Virus record (IMG/VR): IMGVR_UViG_3300002307_000001
Coordinates: 1-64,000 of that record
DNA: 64,000 nucleotides
Direction: 5' to 3' (one strand)
Origin: a virus
Both the position numbers and the translations under genes were made by a program. Below the pieces are notes generated by a model that did not search any database, was not told the DNA's origin, and worked only from the letters and a program-made list of their open reading frames with translations. This document shows, one piece after another, positions 28,285-37,200 of the stretch (position 1 is the stretch's first letter; each line of letters begins with the position of its first letter).

Positions 28285-28752
28285 ATGAATCTACAGAAAC
28301 ATAAACACAGCCACCTAAGAACTAGTCACACTCATACAGAAAGAGATGTAGACACTGCAACTGGTGAAGTAATAACAGAAGAGATCCAGAATATAAAGTA
28401 TCTGGCAAATACCCATGAAGAGTTCTTTATAATCTATACAAGCCTCATAGGTATCATAGAGAATGGTATGACACAAGCAGAGAGTAGCCTATATGCCCAT
28501 CTACTACAGCATCATAATGTAGGAGCAGATATAGGAGTAAGTAAACAGATACGTATCAATATGGGTAAGAAGCTCAATCTCAATGAGAGAACAGTACTCA
28601 ATACCCTAGGAATGTTAGTGGAAAAGAATCTGATATATACAACTGCAAAAGGGATATACAAGATCAATCCTAGATACGCATATAAAGGATCAACCCATAA
28701 TAGAAACAGGGATCTGAAAATAGTACTCGAAGTAGAATGTCCACATTGTTAA
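28285..28752 (+). CDS. RepL-like winged-helix protein
   Basis: VD..TGE, L...TV.N.L..L..K.LI, GIYKINPRYAYKG. Confidence 0.78.
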   Translation: MNLQKHKHSHLRTSHTHTERDVDTATGEVITEEIQNIKYLANTHEEFFIIYTSLIGIIENGMTQAESSLYAHLLQHHNVGADIGVSKQIRINMGKKLNLNERTVLNTLGMLVEKNLIYTTAKGIYKINPRYAYKGSTHNRNRDLKIVLEVECPHC

Positions 28753-28764
28753 ATATAAAATAAA

Positions 28765-29115
28765 ATGACAGAAATAGAAACAGAACAAAAAGTAGAAAAA
28801 CTATCAACTGACCTATACTATGACCTATTAGAGAAATATGTGTGCCTGAAAGCTAACTGGGAAGAGACAAAGATAGTGAACAAGACATTAAAAGTAAGGT
28901 TAGCAGAGTTCATGGAACAAGATAAAGAAAAATACCCAGGTGCAAGAACAGCAGTAGATAGAACAATAGGTATAGCAATAGGAATAGTAATAAAGTATGG
29001 TAAAGACTACCCGATGAGTGTTAATAAACTAAAACAGATACAAGAAGTAACGGTAGAAGATCTGATAAAATGTGACTATATTAATAAAGATAAGCAAGAT
29101 GGAAGAGATATGTAA
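28765..29115 (+). CDS. hypothetical protein
   Basis: 116 aa ORF. Confidence 0.65.
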   Translation: MTEIETEQKVEKLSTDLYYDLLEKYVCLKANWEETKIVNKTLKVRLAEFMEQDKEKYPGARTAVDRTIGIAIGIVIKYGKDYPMSVNKLKQIQEVTVEDLIKCDYINKDKQDGRDM

Positions 29116-29392
29116 GAATTTAGACGAAAAGTTTATGGCATTCCATAGTACTATACATAACACTAAATCATGGGTAATACATGACTGGAGCTATTATGGG
29201 GCAAGTTATGGAATGGTATTAACATGTAGACAAGGAAAAACAGCTAAAGATGTGTGGAAAATAGATCAGATGTTAGAATCAGGGTATATGGGAGGTAAAA
29301 CACTACTAGAAACTACAGAGTACTATGACATATTTCCTTGGACAGAAGTACTAGCACCTACTAATCCTTACTATAAAACAGATAGAAAGTGA
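29099..29392 (+). CDS. hypothetical protein
   Basis: Probable ATG start at 29099. Confidence 0.6.
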   Translation: MEEICKNLDEKFMAFHSTIHNTKSWVIHDWSYYGASYGMVLTCRQGKTAKDVWKIDQMLESGYMGGKTLLETTEYYDIFPWTEVLAPTNPYYKTDRK

Positions 29393-29739
29393 ATATAAAT
29401 AAAATACTAGAGAATGAGATAACAGATATAATCAACCTAATGCCAGCATGGGAAAAGTACGGTAATGTAACCCCAACTGAACAGATAATAGAAAGAACTA
29501 GAGAGTTATGCAAGTTACTGATAATACCACACCCTGATGAAATAGAAATTTATCAAATGGAACATGGTACTATATCAATAGAGATAAGTAGAAGTACCTG
29601 GAGTATGAAAGCAGAAATAGGACAAATAACAGCTAACTATTATACAATAGATGCAGGGGATCGGTTACATGCATATGAACAGAAAGCAGATACAGGTATG
29701 AAAGAAATGGCAGAAGATATGAACAAAAACATGCGGTAA
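29389..29739 (+). CDS. hypothetical protein
   Basis: 116 aa ORF, GTGA-coupled. Confidence 0.6.
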   Translation: MNINKILENEITDIINLMPAWEKYGNVTPTEQIIERTRELCKLLIIPHPDEIEIYQMEHGTISIEISRSTWSMKAEIGQITANYYTIDAGDRLHAYEQKADTGMKEMAEDMNKNMR

Positions 29740-29847
29740 TGGATAAACCTGCAACTGGGGTATTACATAAAGACAAGAAACTAAGAATGGTAGTATCTGT
29801 GCCGGTAGTAAAGAAAATAAAGAAAGTAACTAAGAAAAAACAAAACA

Positions 29848-30177
29848 ATGGATAATCAGAAATCTATAGAGGAGATATGGGAATATAAAAAAGCCAAACA
29901 AAAAGAATATGGTAAGAAATGGAGAGAGAAAAATAAAGAAAAAGAAAAACAAAGAGCAAAAGGTTATTACAGTGAGAAGAAAGAAACAATACTCAATAGA
30001 CAGAATATTCGGAGATCAGAACTGTTAGACAGTGAAGGAGAATTAAAAGCTATAGTGAAGTGGCTAGATAAAATAAATGCCCCAAAAGAAAGTGATAAAG
30101 GTGTTTACACTACTATAGGAAGAATACAAAAACTATTAGAAATACATCAAAACAATAATCATCATGGACAACAATGA
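29848..30177 (+). CDS. basic hypothetical protein
   Basis: Lys/Glu-rich helical repeats. Confidence 0.6.
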   Translation: MDNQKSIEEIWEYKKAKQKEYGKKWREKNKEKEKQRAKGYYSEKKETILNRQNIRRSELLDSEGELKAIVKWLDKINAPKESDKGVYTTIGRIQKLLEIHQNNNHHGQQ

Positions 30178-30490
30178 ATTCAACGAGATAATCAACAACC
30201 GTATAAAGACTATAAAAGATCTCCTAATAAGCAAAGGAGAAGAGTATGCAGGTGAACAGGTAGATAGACTACATAACTTCAATAGAGGGGCTAAAATAGC
30301 CCAGAAATCAGCAGTAGAGGTATTACAGGGATTCATGCTCAAGCATTATATCTCTTACCAGGATATAATAGAAGATATAGCATTAGGTAAAGAAGTAAGC
30401 AGAGTTAAAGTACAGGAAAAATTAAGTGATATGTTAGTTTACTTATTGCTTCAGGAATGTGTAATGGAAGAAACAGGATTACTAAAATAG
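30164..30490 (+). CDS. small helical nucleotide-modification-associated/MazG-like protein
   Basis: KG.EYA..DRLHNF, M.KH, EK..D..VYL motifs. Confidence 0.6.
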   Translation: MDNNEFNEIINNRIKTIKDLLISKGEEYAGEQVDRLHNFNRGAKIAQKSAVEVLQGFMLKHYISYQDIIEDIALGKEVSRVKVQEKLSDMLVYLLLQECVMEETGLLK

Positions 30491-30496
30491 AAGAAT

Positions 30497-30961
30497 ATGG
30501 AAAATAACGAAATAACACCACAAGATGCTGCATGGAATGATATAAAACTAGCTAATGAACAAGCTAAGGAAGAAAAGCAGCTAACTGAAAAGTGGAAGAC
30601 AGTGGAAGCAGCAGCAATGGAGATGGGTAAAAAGTTAGCAAGAGATGCAGAAAACCTAATGTGGGGTACTAACCTAACAGAAGAACAACAACATAAAGTA
30701 GATAACTGGAGTAAGAATGGTAGTTACATATTCACACCAATAAAATCAGAAGCACCTGATACAAGAAATGTGGTGAAAAATATTCCAGAAAAGATAAATC
30801 AGGTACCTTTGACAATAGATCAAAGTTATTATAGTCAGCAATACAACTCTCTTGAAGAAATACTAGAAGATATGAAGAACCAGAAGAGACATCTGACTAT
30901 AATGGAGAAGTTACATAATAGTATTGCAGCTGGAAAATACATACAACATGGCACTGAGTAG
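30497..30961 (+). CDS. hypothetical protein
   Basis: 154 aa ORF. Confidence 0.65.
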   Translation: MENNEITPQDAAWNDIKLANEQAKEEKQLTEKWKTVEAAAMEMGKKLARDAENLMWGTNLTEEQQHKVDNWSKNGSYIFTPIKSEAPDTRNVVKNIPEKINQVPLTIDQSYYSQQYNSLEEILEDMKNQKRHLTIMEKLHNSIAAGKYIQHGTE

Positions 30962-31358
30962 GAAAACACCCTTGAAATGTGGTAACAGTCAACTATCAAA
31001 AGGTAAACCACTATCATCAAATAGTAGTTTAAAAAGAGGTGGTAGTATAAAGAGTAAACCAAAAAGTCCTGAGAAAATACAAGCTGATAAAGAAAGACGT
31101 GATAAAGATCTGGAGTTCTATAATAAGATATGGCAAAGCAGACCACATAGATGTGTGGTTTGTAATGCCGGTCTTGGTAGTGAGATGAGTACGGCTTACA
31201 TGGATCATTTAATTGAAAAATCTAAACATCCTGAGTTTAGATATGAGCCGGATAACATTTCATTAGTTTGTATGAACTGTCATAGTTGTAAGACTAATGG
31301 TTTTCCTAAACCAAAGCATCAAGAACTAATAGAAATAGCACAAAAAAGGTTTTTATAA
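30948..31358 (+). CDS. small HNH endonuclease
   Basis: CVVC...DHLIEKS..PE.RY..DNI..VC.NCH..K; ATG at 30948. Confidence 0.8.
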   Translation: MALSRKTPLKCGNSQLSKGKPLSSNSSLKRGGSIKSKPKSPEKIQADKERRDKDLEFYNKIWQSRPHRCVVCNAGLGSEMSTAYMDHLIEKSKHPEFRYEPDNISLVCMNCHSCKTNGFPKPKHQELIEIAQKRFL

Positions 31359-31392
31359 CATAAGAGCTAAAGAGTGCATGTATTCAAAGAAG

Positions 31393-31421
31393 ACAGCTAC
31401 ACATATAAAGTGTAGCTGTTT
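31393..31421 (+). terminator. hairpin at the end of the + strand region, followed by a TAACTTTG promoter element (31421-28)
   Basis: 10 bp stem ACAGCTACAC/GTGTAGCTGT. Confidence 0.55.
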
Positions 31422-31448
31422 AACTTTGAGTATACTATTGTACTATAT

Positions 31449-31712
31449 ATGTTATACTCATGCCCATGTGATCAACGAGTTATTGATATACCATACAAGT
31501 TATATTTTATATTACCTGATACAGAAATTGAAAGATTATGTACAGAGGGTAATGGTTGTCAAATATCAAATGTATGGTATGCTTCTTTTGCAGAAACAAA
31601 TGGTGTTATCTTAACTCCTGAAGAAGCAGAAGTAGAAGAAGAAAAAGAGTACGAAGATGATGAAGAGGTTATTGAGCCTGATCTAAATCTTGACGAAGAT
31701 CATTGGGAATAA
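31449..31712 (+). CDS. hypothetical protein with acidic tail
   Basis: 87 aa ORF downstream of a TAnnTTTG element. Confidence 0.55.
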   Translation: MLYSCPCDQRVIDIPYKLYFILPDTEIERLCTEGNGCQISNVWYASFAETNGVILTPEEAEVEEEKEYEDDEEVIEPDLNLDEDHWE

Positions 31713-31992
31713 TTGATTCCAACGACTTGTAATCTAATTGATCTGTTTTCTGAGCTATTGTCATTACTTCTTGCAATAACATACTTGATGCTATAACCAT
31801 TTGCTCCCAACCTGTAAGGTCAGTTTGCTCACCTTTTCTTGCTTCTAATTTTTTAAGATCTTCTTCATGGTCTTTTAATAGGAATATATATCCTTCTTGA
31901 AATCTACTTATCCAACCAGTACCAAGTTCTAATGTGATTATTGCACCTGGTTTAAGATGCGGTATCTGCATTTCTTCTTTTTTATCCGACAT
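31669..31992 (-). CDS. hypothetical protein
   Basis: 107 aa protein-like ORF; tail-to-tail overlap with 31449-31712. Confidence 0.65.
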   Translation of the reverse strand: MSDKKEEMQIPHLKPGAIITLELGTGWISRFQEGYIFLLKDHEEDLKKLEARKGEQTDLTGWEQMVIASSMLLQEVMTIAQKTDQLDYKSLESIIPNDLRQDLDQAQ

Positions 31993-32028
31993 ATTTTGTA
32001 TTTTTGTAAAGGTAATAAAAGAACATTA

Positions 32029-32664
32029 ATGCAGGAAATTATAAAGAAGATAAATACTAAATTAGAAGATAGTGGTTGGTACGATGAACTAAGAATATTT
32101 TTAGAGTCATCTGATTTCTCTGATATTATTGTTGAACTTAAAAGAAAAGTAGAAGTAGATAAACAAAGATTCTGTCCTGGTTTAAGTTCTGCTTTTAAAT
32201 TTATGGAGCTACTACCGGTAAGTAAAATAAAAGCTGTTATATTAATTGACCATATCTCAAATAGATTGGATGTTGCAAACGGTATACCATTATCTAATCC
32301 TCATGCAGATGATTCTACACTAATTTACTTCTTAAGATCTATTGACACTAAACTACATGATTCTAAAAAATGGTTAGAACAAGGTGTTTTATTATTACCA
32401 TTATCTCTTACCTGTAGGATTGATGGAAAGGCACATAAAAAGTTATGGATTCCTTTTGTTATGAGAATGATAGAGACCATAAACAAAAAGCATCCAAATA
32501 TTCCTTGGATGCTAATTGGTAATGATACATGGAAATATGAAGAAGATATAGTATCAGATCATATTCGTAAAATGGAACTCAAAATACCAATGGATGATAA
32601 AGTTTGGAGTACCTGGACAAACGATATACTATCTAACCAAAAAAAGACTCCTATTTTATGGTAA
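32029..32664 (+). CDS. second, highly degenerate uracil-DNA glycosylase-like protein
   Basis: W...L, P....F, KIKAVIL, ANGI, W.EQGVLLL..SLT, H..LW.PF. ATG at 32029 follows TATTTTTG (31999-32006). Confidence 0.72.
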   Translation: MQEIIKKINTKLEDSGWYDELRIFLESSDFSDIIVELKRKVEVDKQRFCPGLSSAFKFMELLPVSKIKAVILIDHISNRLDVANGIPLSNPHADDSTLIYFLRSIDTKLHDSKKWLEQGVLLLPLSLTCRIDGKAHKKLWIPFVMRMIETINKKHPNIPWMLIGNDTWKYEEDIVSDHIRKMELKIPMDDKVWSTWTNDILSNQKKTPILW

Positions 32665-32959
32665 TAGGTGTTGAGTCAAAAGAAGGTTTATCAGTAAATG
32701 CTCTTTGTGTAAGCCAGCCTACTAAGAACTTTTTGTTAGCAGGTCGTTTCTGACAAATCTTTACGTAAAATTTAGCTGAATTGATCTGCATCCTGCTCAT
32801 GTACAGTTGATGCATTGTGGTGTCTAGTTTACGCTTATAGTAAGCACAACTGTCAACTGGTGCCTTTGCCTGTACAGGTGTTGTACAGTACCAGCACATT
32901 AATATGGTAATTATAATCTTAGCAATTACTAAACCGGTGATTTTTAACTTCTCTTTCAT
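32651..32959 (-). CDS. membrane-anchored protein next to the endolysin (possible spanin or lysis accessory)
   Basis: N-terminal hydrophobic helix; TAATG-coupled to the endolysin gene. Confidence 0.5.
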   Translation of the reverse strand: MKEKLKITGLVIAKIIITILMCWYCTTPVQAKAPVDSCAYYKRKLDTTMHQLYMSRMQINSAKFYVKICQKRPANKKFLVGWLTQRAFTDKPSFDSTPITIK

Positions 32960-33378
32960 TAAGCAAATGAATTATTTACGTTAAGAATATTTAATGTTGT
33001 TTTACCCATCTTACCATCTTCTTGTATACCTAAAGATCTTTGGCAAAGAACTACTGCTTGATGTACACCCATGTTTACAGCTTTATCAAATAGATCATTG
33101 GCTACTTCTTGATTAATGATCTCATCACCAAGTATAGGTTGCCAATACTTTTTGTCGTAAACATCATGCCTCATATGCAATAACTGGGCATTTTCTTTGA
33201 GACACTTGGGAAAGTCATTATGATTTCTTAAGGAGTCAACTATTGCCCAACCGGGCCAAGTTTTATCCATGTTCCTAGCTAGTCCAAAAAGAGTTTCACC
33301 GCCAACATCGTCAGGATCGTTATTGTAGAAGCCCTCTTTTTCAAGGGTAAGCTTTAATGCTATGTCCAGATCTGCCAT
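32959..33378 (-). CDS. glycoside hydrolase family 108 lysozyme (endolysin)
   Basis: EGFYNNDPDDVGGET.FG, Y...YW, FD.AVNMG, Q..LG..EDG.MG..T. Confidence 0.88.
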   Translation of the reverse strand: MADLDIALKLTLEKEGFYNNDPDDVGGETLFGLARNMDKTWPGWAIVDSLRNHNDFPKCLKENAQLLHMRHDVYDKKYWQPILGDEIINQEVANDLFDKAVNMGVHQAVVLCQRSLGIQEDGKMGKTTLNILNVNNSFA

Positions 33379-33397
33379 AATTAAGAAGGTTTATATA

Positions 33398-33727
33398 TTA
33401 AGTTGCAGGAGAAAAAACTTTAAATTCAATATAGTTACAAGATCTACCGGCTTGACCACCAGGTACACCATTTACAGCTATCATAGAGTTTGGTAGGATA
33501 TTTCCCTGCCTGTTGATCTGATACCAGTAACGAAATGGTCCCATGCACTGAACTTGTCCCGGACCTGGTTGCATTACTGTACCTGTTACTCTTGCTTCAG
33601 CACACTTATACCCCTGATCTATCGTGTTGTTGTTTGGTTTACCATACATTGTACCTGGTATAGGATTTTGATTAGCATCCAAGTGTACAAAATAATAAAC
33701 ACAAGTTTTACTAGTTGTAGTATTCAT
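33398..33727 (-). CDS. hypothetical protein with an internal duplication
   Basis: YYFVHLDANQNPIPGTM and RYWYQINRQGNILPNSM repeats. Confidence 0.65.
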   Translation of the reverse strand: MNTTTSKTCVYYFVHLDANQNPIPGTMYGKPNNNTIDQGYKCAEARVTGTVMQPGPGQVQCMGPFRYWYQINRQGNILPNSMIAVNGVPGGQAGRSCNYIEFKVFSPAT

Positions 33728-33847
33728 AAGAAAAACATTTTATCTCACTATTAATATACAAAAATATGACGTAACCGCAAAAAATATTTATCAAAAGAGT
33801 TGCACATAAAATGTTTATTGTGTAACTTTACAATCCAAAATTAGAAT

Positions 33848-34249
33848 ATGGATAAAAAAGAAGCAGTAATTTCTACACTATGTAATCCTGTAATTACAGC
33901 TACAAAACATAGTGCCCTGAATGTTACAGATGACATCACATTGTTGTTTAGTGTTAATGTGAAACAGCTTGAAGAAACAGTAATAGGTGATAAAATCAAA
34001 AAAACTTGGAGACATGGTGTTATATCTGGTGATATTGAACCAATGTTTGCAATGGAATTTTATGACGGTATGCTACTTCCAGGTAAAGTAAAGGTTATTG
34101 AAAGCTTTTTACCAATTGTTGAAGATGATCCTGAACAATATATAAAAAGAAATAGAGGTGGTTCTATTTGTAGAATAAACGGAAAGGTTATTTACAGAAC
34201 AGAAGCATATACCTCTAACCACACGGAAGAAGATACCATTATCAGCTAA
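33848..34249 (+). CDS. hypothetical protein (+ strand gene embedded in the late region)
   Basis: 133 aa ORF divergent from the gene starting at 33727. Confidence 0.7.
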   Translation: MDKKEAVISTLCNPVITATKHSALNVTDDITLLFSVNVKQLEETVIGDKIKKTWRHGVISGDIEPMFAMEFYDGMLLPGKVKVIESFLPIVEDDPEQYIKRNRGGSICRINGKVIYRTEAYTSNHTEEDTIIS

Positions 34250-34269
34250 TAACTTAAAGAAAGCAGTAA

Positions 34270-37200
34270 CTACTTTACATAGAAAGTAGTTACTGTATTC
34301 AAGTTGGTTATTCTATTAATCTCTCTTAAAATAGGTAATACATCTTTTGTTTGTTTGTATACCTTAAGTTGTCCTTTAAAATTACCTCTTTGATAATAAC
34401 GATGTTCATCATCTAGAAATGGATATTCAATTGAGGAATTTAAAAGTTGTGCAAATTTTGCAAGAGCATTAGTTGTAGCAAATGGATTCTGAACAAGTTG
34501 ATAAGATTCTATTGCTCCTAAACCAGGTATAAAAATTGAAACTTCCTGCATACCTCTTGATGATTGGTATCTTAACCAGTTAGCCATTTTCTTTAAAACA
34601 GGATCATCATCTGGTATACCGGCAGCAAGACTTTTTACAATATGTGCAAGTGCAAAGAATGCTAAAAAGTATGACATATCTACTATGTCTTTTTTAATAT
34701 TATTTTTTTGGTGCGCACTTAGTTCATTCCATCTTTTTGTAGCTTCACCTAATTTTGCAATATCTTTAAAGAGATTGTATAAAGTGACATATCTTCCTTC
34801 TACATCCATGCCTCCTCCAAGATTTTCATCAAATTTACCTTTTTGAAATCTTGCTTTGAAGTTAGGCCAAACCCATTTATGAAACTGAATTGCAAGTTTA
34901 CCAACAATAGTACTCTCAACCATTGTTTTATTTGCGGAGTCATAATTACCATGTATTCTATCATTTGTTTCATGAATACGGTTAATAACCATGTGTCTTG
35001 CCCTATCTTGATCTTTTGCAACATTACCTTCTTTATCAAGAAATTTATAACCGTCTATAAGAGTTGCTTCACCTGTATTAGGATCAAATGTATAAGCATC
35101 AATAATAGAGCAATCTTGTAATTTAGAATCTGTACCGGTATATTTCATCTGTATAGAATCAAGAATAGCATTTCCTACTAAAGATTGTACCTCCCACTCA
35201 CCTGCCTCATAACCTTTATACCCCCATGACAACATATTTACTTTACTTTGATCAGCATGTGCATGTCTAACTATATCATAATTATCGGTTAACCATTCAT
35301 ATAAACTACCTGCTTTTTTATCTCCGTATTCTTTACCATCTTTTGTTTTACCAATAGTTGCAATATAGCCCGGTATATGTTCAGTATTATACAATTTTAT
35401 AGCCCTGTTATAAGCCCTATGTGTAAAAAAGTCTCCACCTACTGCATCAATTCTATTATTTATTCTAGCTACTATTTTGTTATTAATAGTACCAAAAATG
35501 TTAAAAGGTATTGACATTGCAGATGTAGCTTTCTGTAATTTTTGTATAACAACTTCTGCCACACTCTTTGTAAAAGTTGGATCATTGTAAAAACACATGT
35601 CCAAAAACTTTTCAAATCTTTTTGTTGCATTTGCTTTATCTGCTTCTATTTCTTTACCATTAGCAGTAACAAACTTCATAGTCTGTAAGTGGTCTCTTAC
35701 AGCAAGTAATGTATCTTCTACACCACTCATAATGTGAAAGTTTTCTGCCATTTGTACAAATGCCTCAAGACCTAATACAAGATCCGGATGTATTTGTTCA
35801 GCAGTCATTTTATGCAATTCCTTCTTACGGAGATTAAGAAAAATATCATTTTTATCATGCCACTTTTTAGGATCCATTCCTTCTTTTTTTGTGGCCCATT
35901 TTTCAAGTTCACTTTCTATCTCTGCCAATCTTTTTTGTGATTGAAGAGATGCCATGAACATAATTGGAATAGATTGATTTGCACTACCGGTCTTTGCAAT
36001 ATCTGATTGATCACTCATTGCTGTAGTGTCAAAAAATGTTCTCATTTGTTTGGTAACAATACTTCCAAAATTTGCACCTTTTTGAGAGAGCTCATCTACA
36101 AAGTTTCCTTGCAATGTTGGTATATAACCTTTTTCAAACCAGTACATTGCAGATGGTGGTAATTTTGCTATCTGTTCTTTTAATAAATCAAGATAACCTT
36201 TATAGAACTCACTTTGAGCAGTTTCAAGTGCAGTTTTTGGCTGCATCATTTTTCTATACATTGGGTCCCAAAGATCAGTACCATCTTCTGCATACTCTCT
36301 TGATACAGTATTTTTCTTTTTTGGAAACCACTTATTTGCATTTGATACTGTACCGGTTGGTGTAACTTCTCCAGTATTTTCATCTCTTATTGTATCTGCT
36401 TTAAGATATGTACTCCAATCAAAATTTGCATCTCTCCAAGCAACATATTCAGGATCAGTTTCCCCTTTCTTTGGTTTCCAATTACCAAAGTCATCTTCCT
36501 CCATGTATTTCTCACGTTCTTCAAGAAATTCATCTGTGTATTTATGATATTTACCTTCAGTTACTGTAGTACTAGGTTGCTTCCTTGCATTGCCATATTG
36601 GTCAGTATAATGAACCCATTCAACATTAACATGTTCAGCTTCCATAAAATCACGGTAAGCAGCTTTAAGGTAATAAAGATCTTTATTCCATTGTATCTGT
36701 TCAGGAGTAGTTGCTTTTCTTATAAATTCTTTTCTTGTACCATCAAGATTGTAAAGGGGGATGTTTACTTTCTCATAAAGAGAGTTATATACAGTTCCTC
36801 TTTGAGAAATTATTCTACCATTTCTTTTACCATCTGGTCCTAGTTGATATATAAACGTAAATAATTTAGCAGGATCTTTTGTACCACTTGCTTCAATAAG
36901 ATTGTTACCAAGGGTATGAATAGTTGCTCTTTGTTCCTTTACATTTTCTCTAACGGTCTGACGTGCAGATGCAAGCATTTTAGCTGCATTTTCAAGGATT
37001 ACTACACCACTGTTACCCAATGTATCTAACCATGTATTAGCACCGGATATATCTTTATCTATTTCAAGAATTTCATCTAGTATTTCTTTATCAAGATATG
37101 CTTTATTTGTACTCCATCCTTCTACTAATTCTTTTACTGTATTTTTAATAGCACTGATAATTGCAACATCTGCTGTTCTTACTGTACTATCTATTTTGTT

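Noticed and set aside
650-31146. Numerous Leu/Phe/Ser/Tyr-rich - strand ORFs in the early region
   Set aside because: They are antisense shadows of purine-rich + strand genes.
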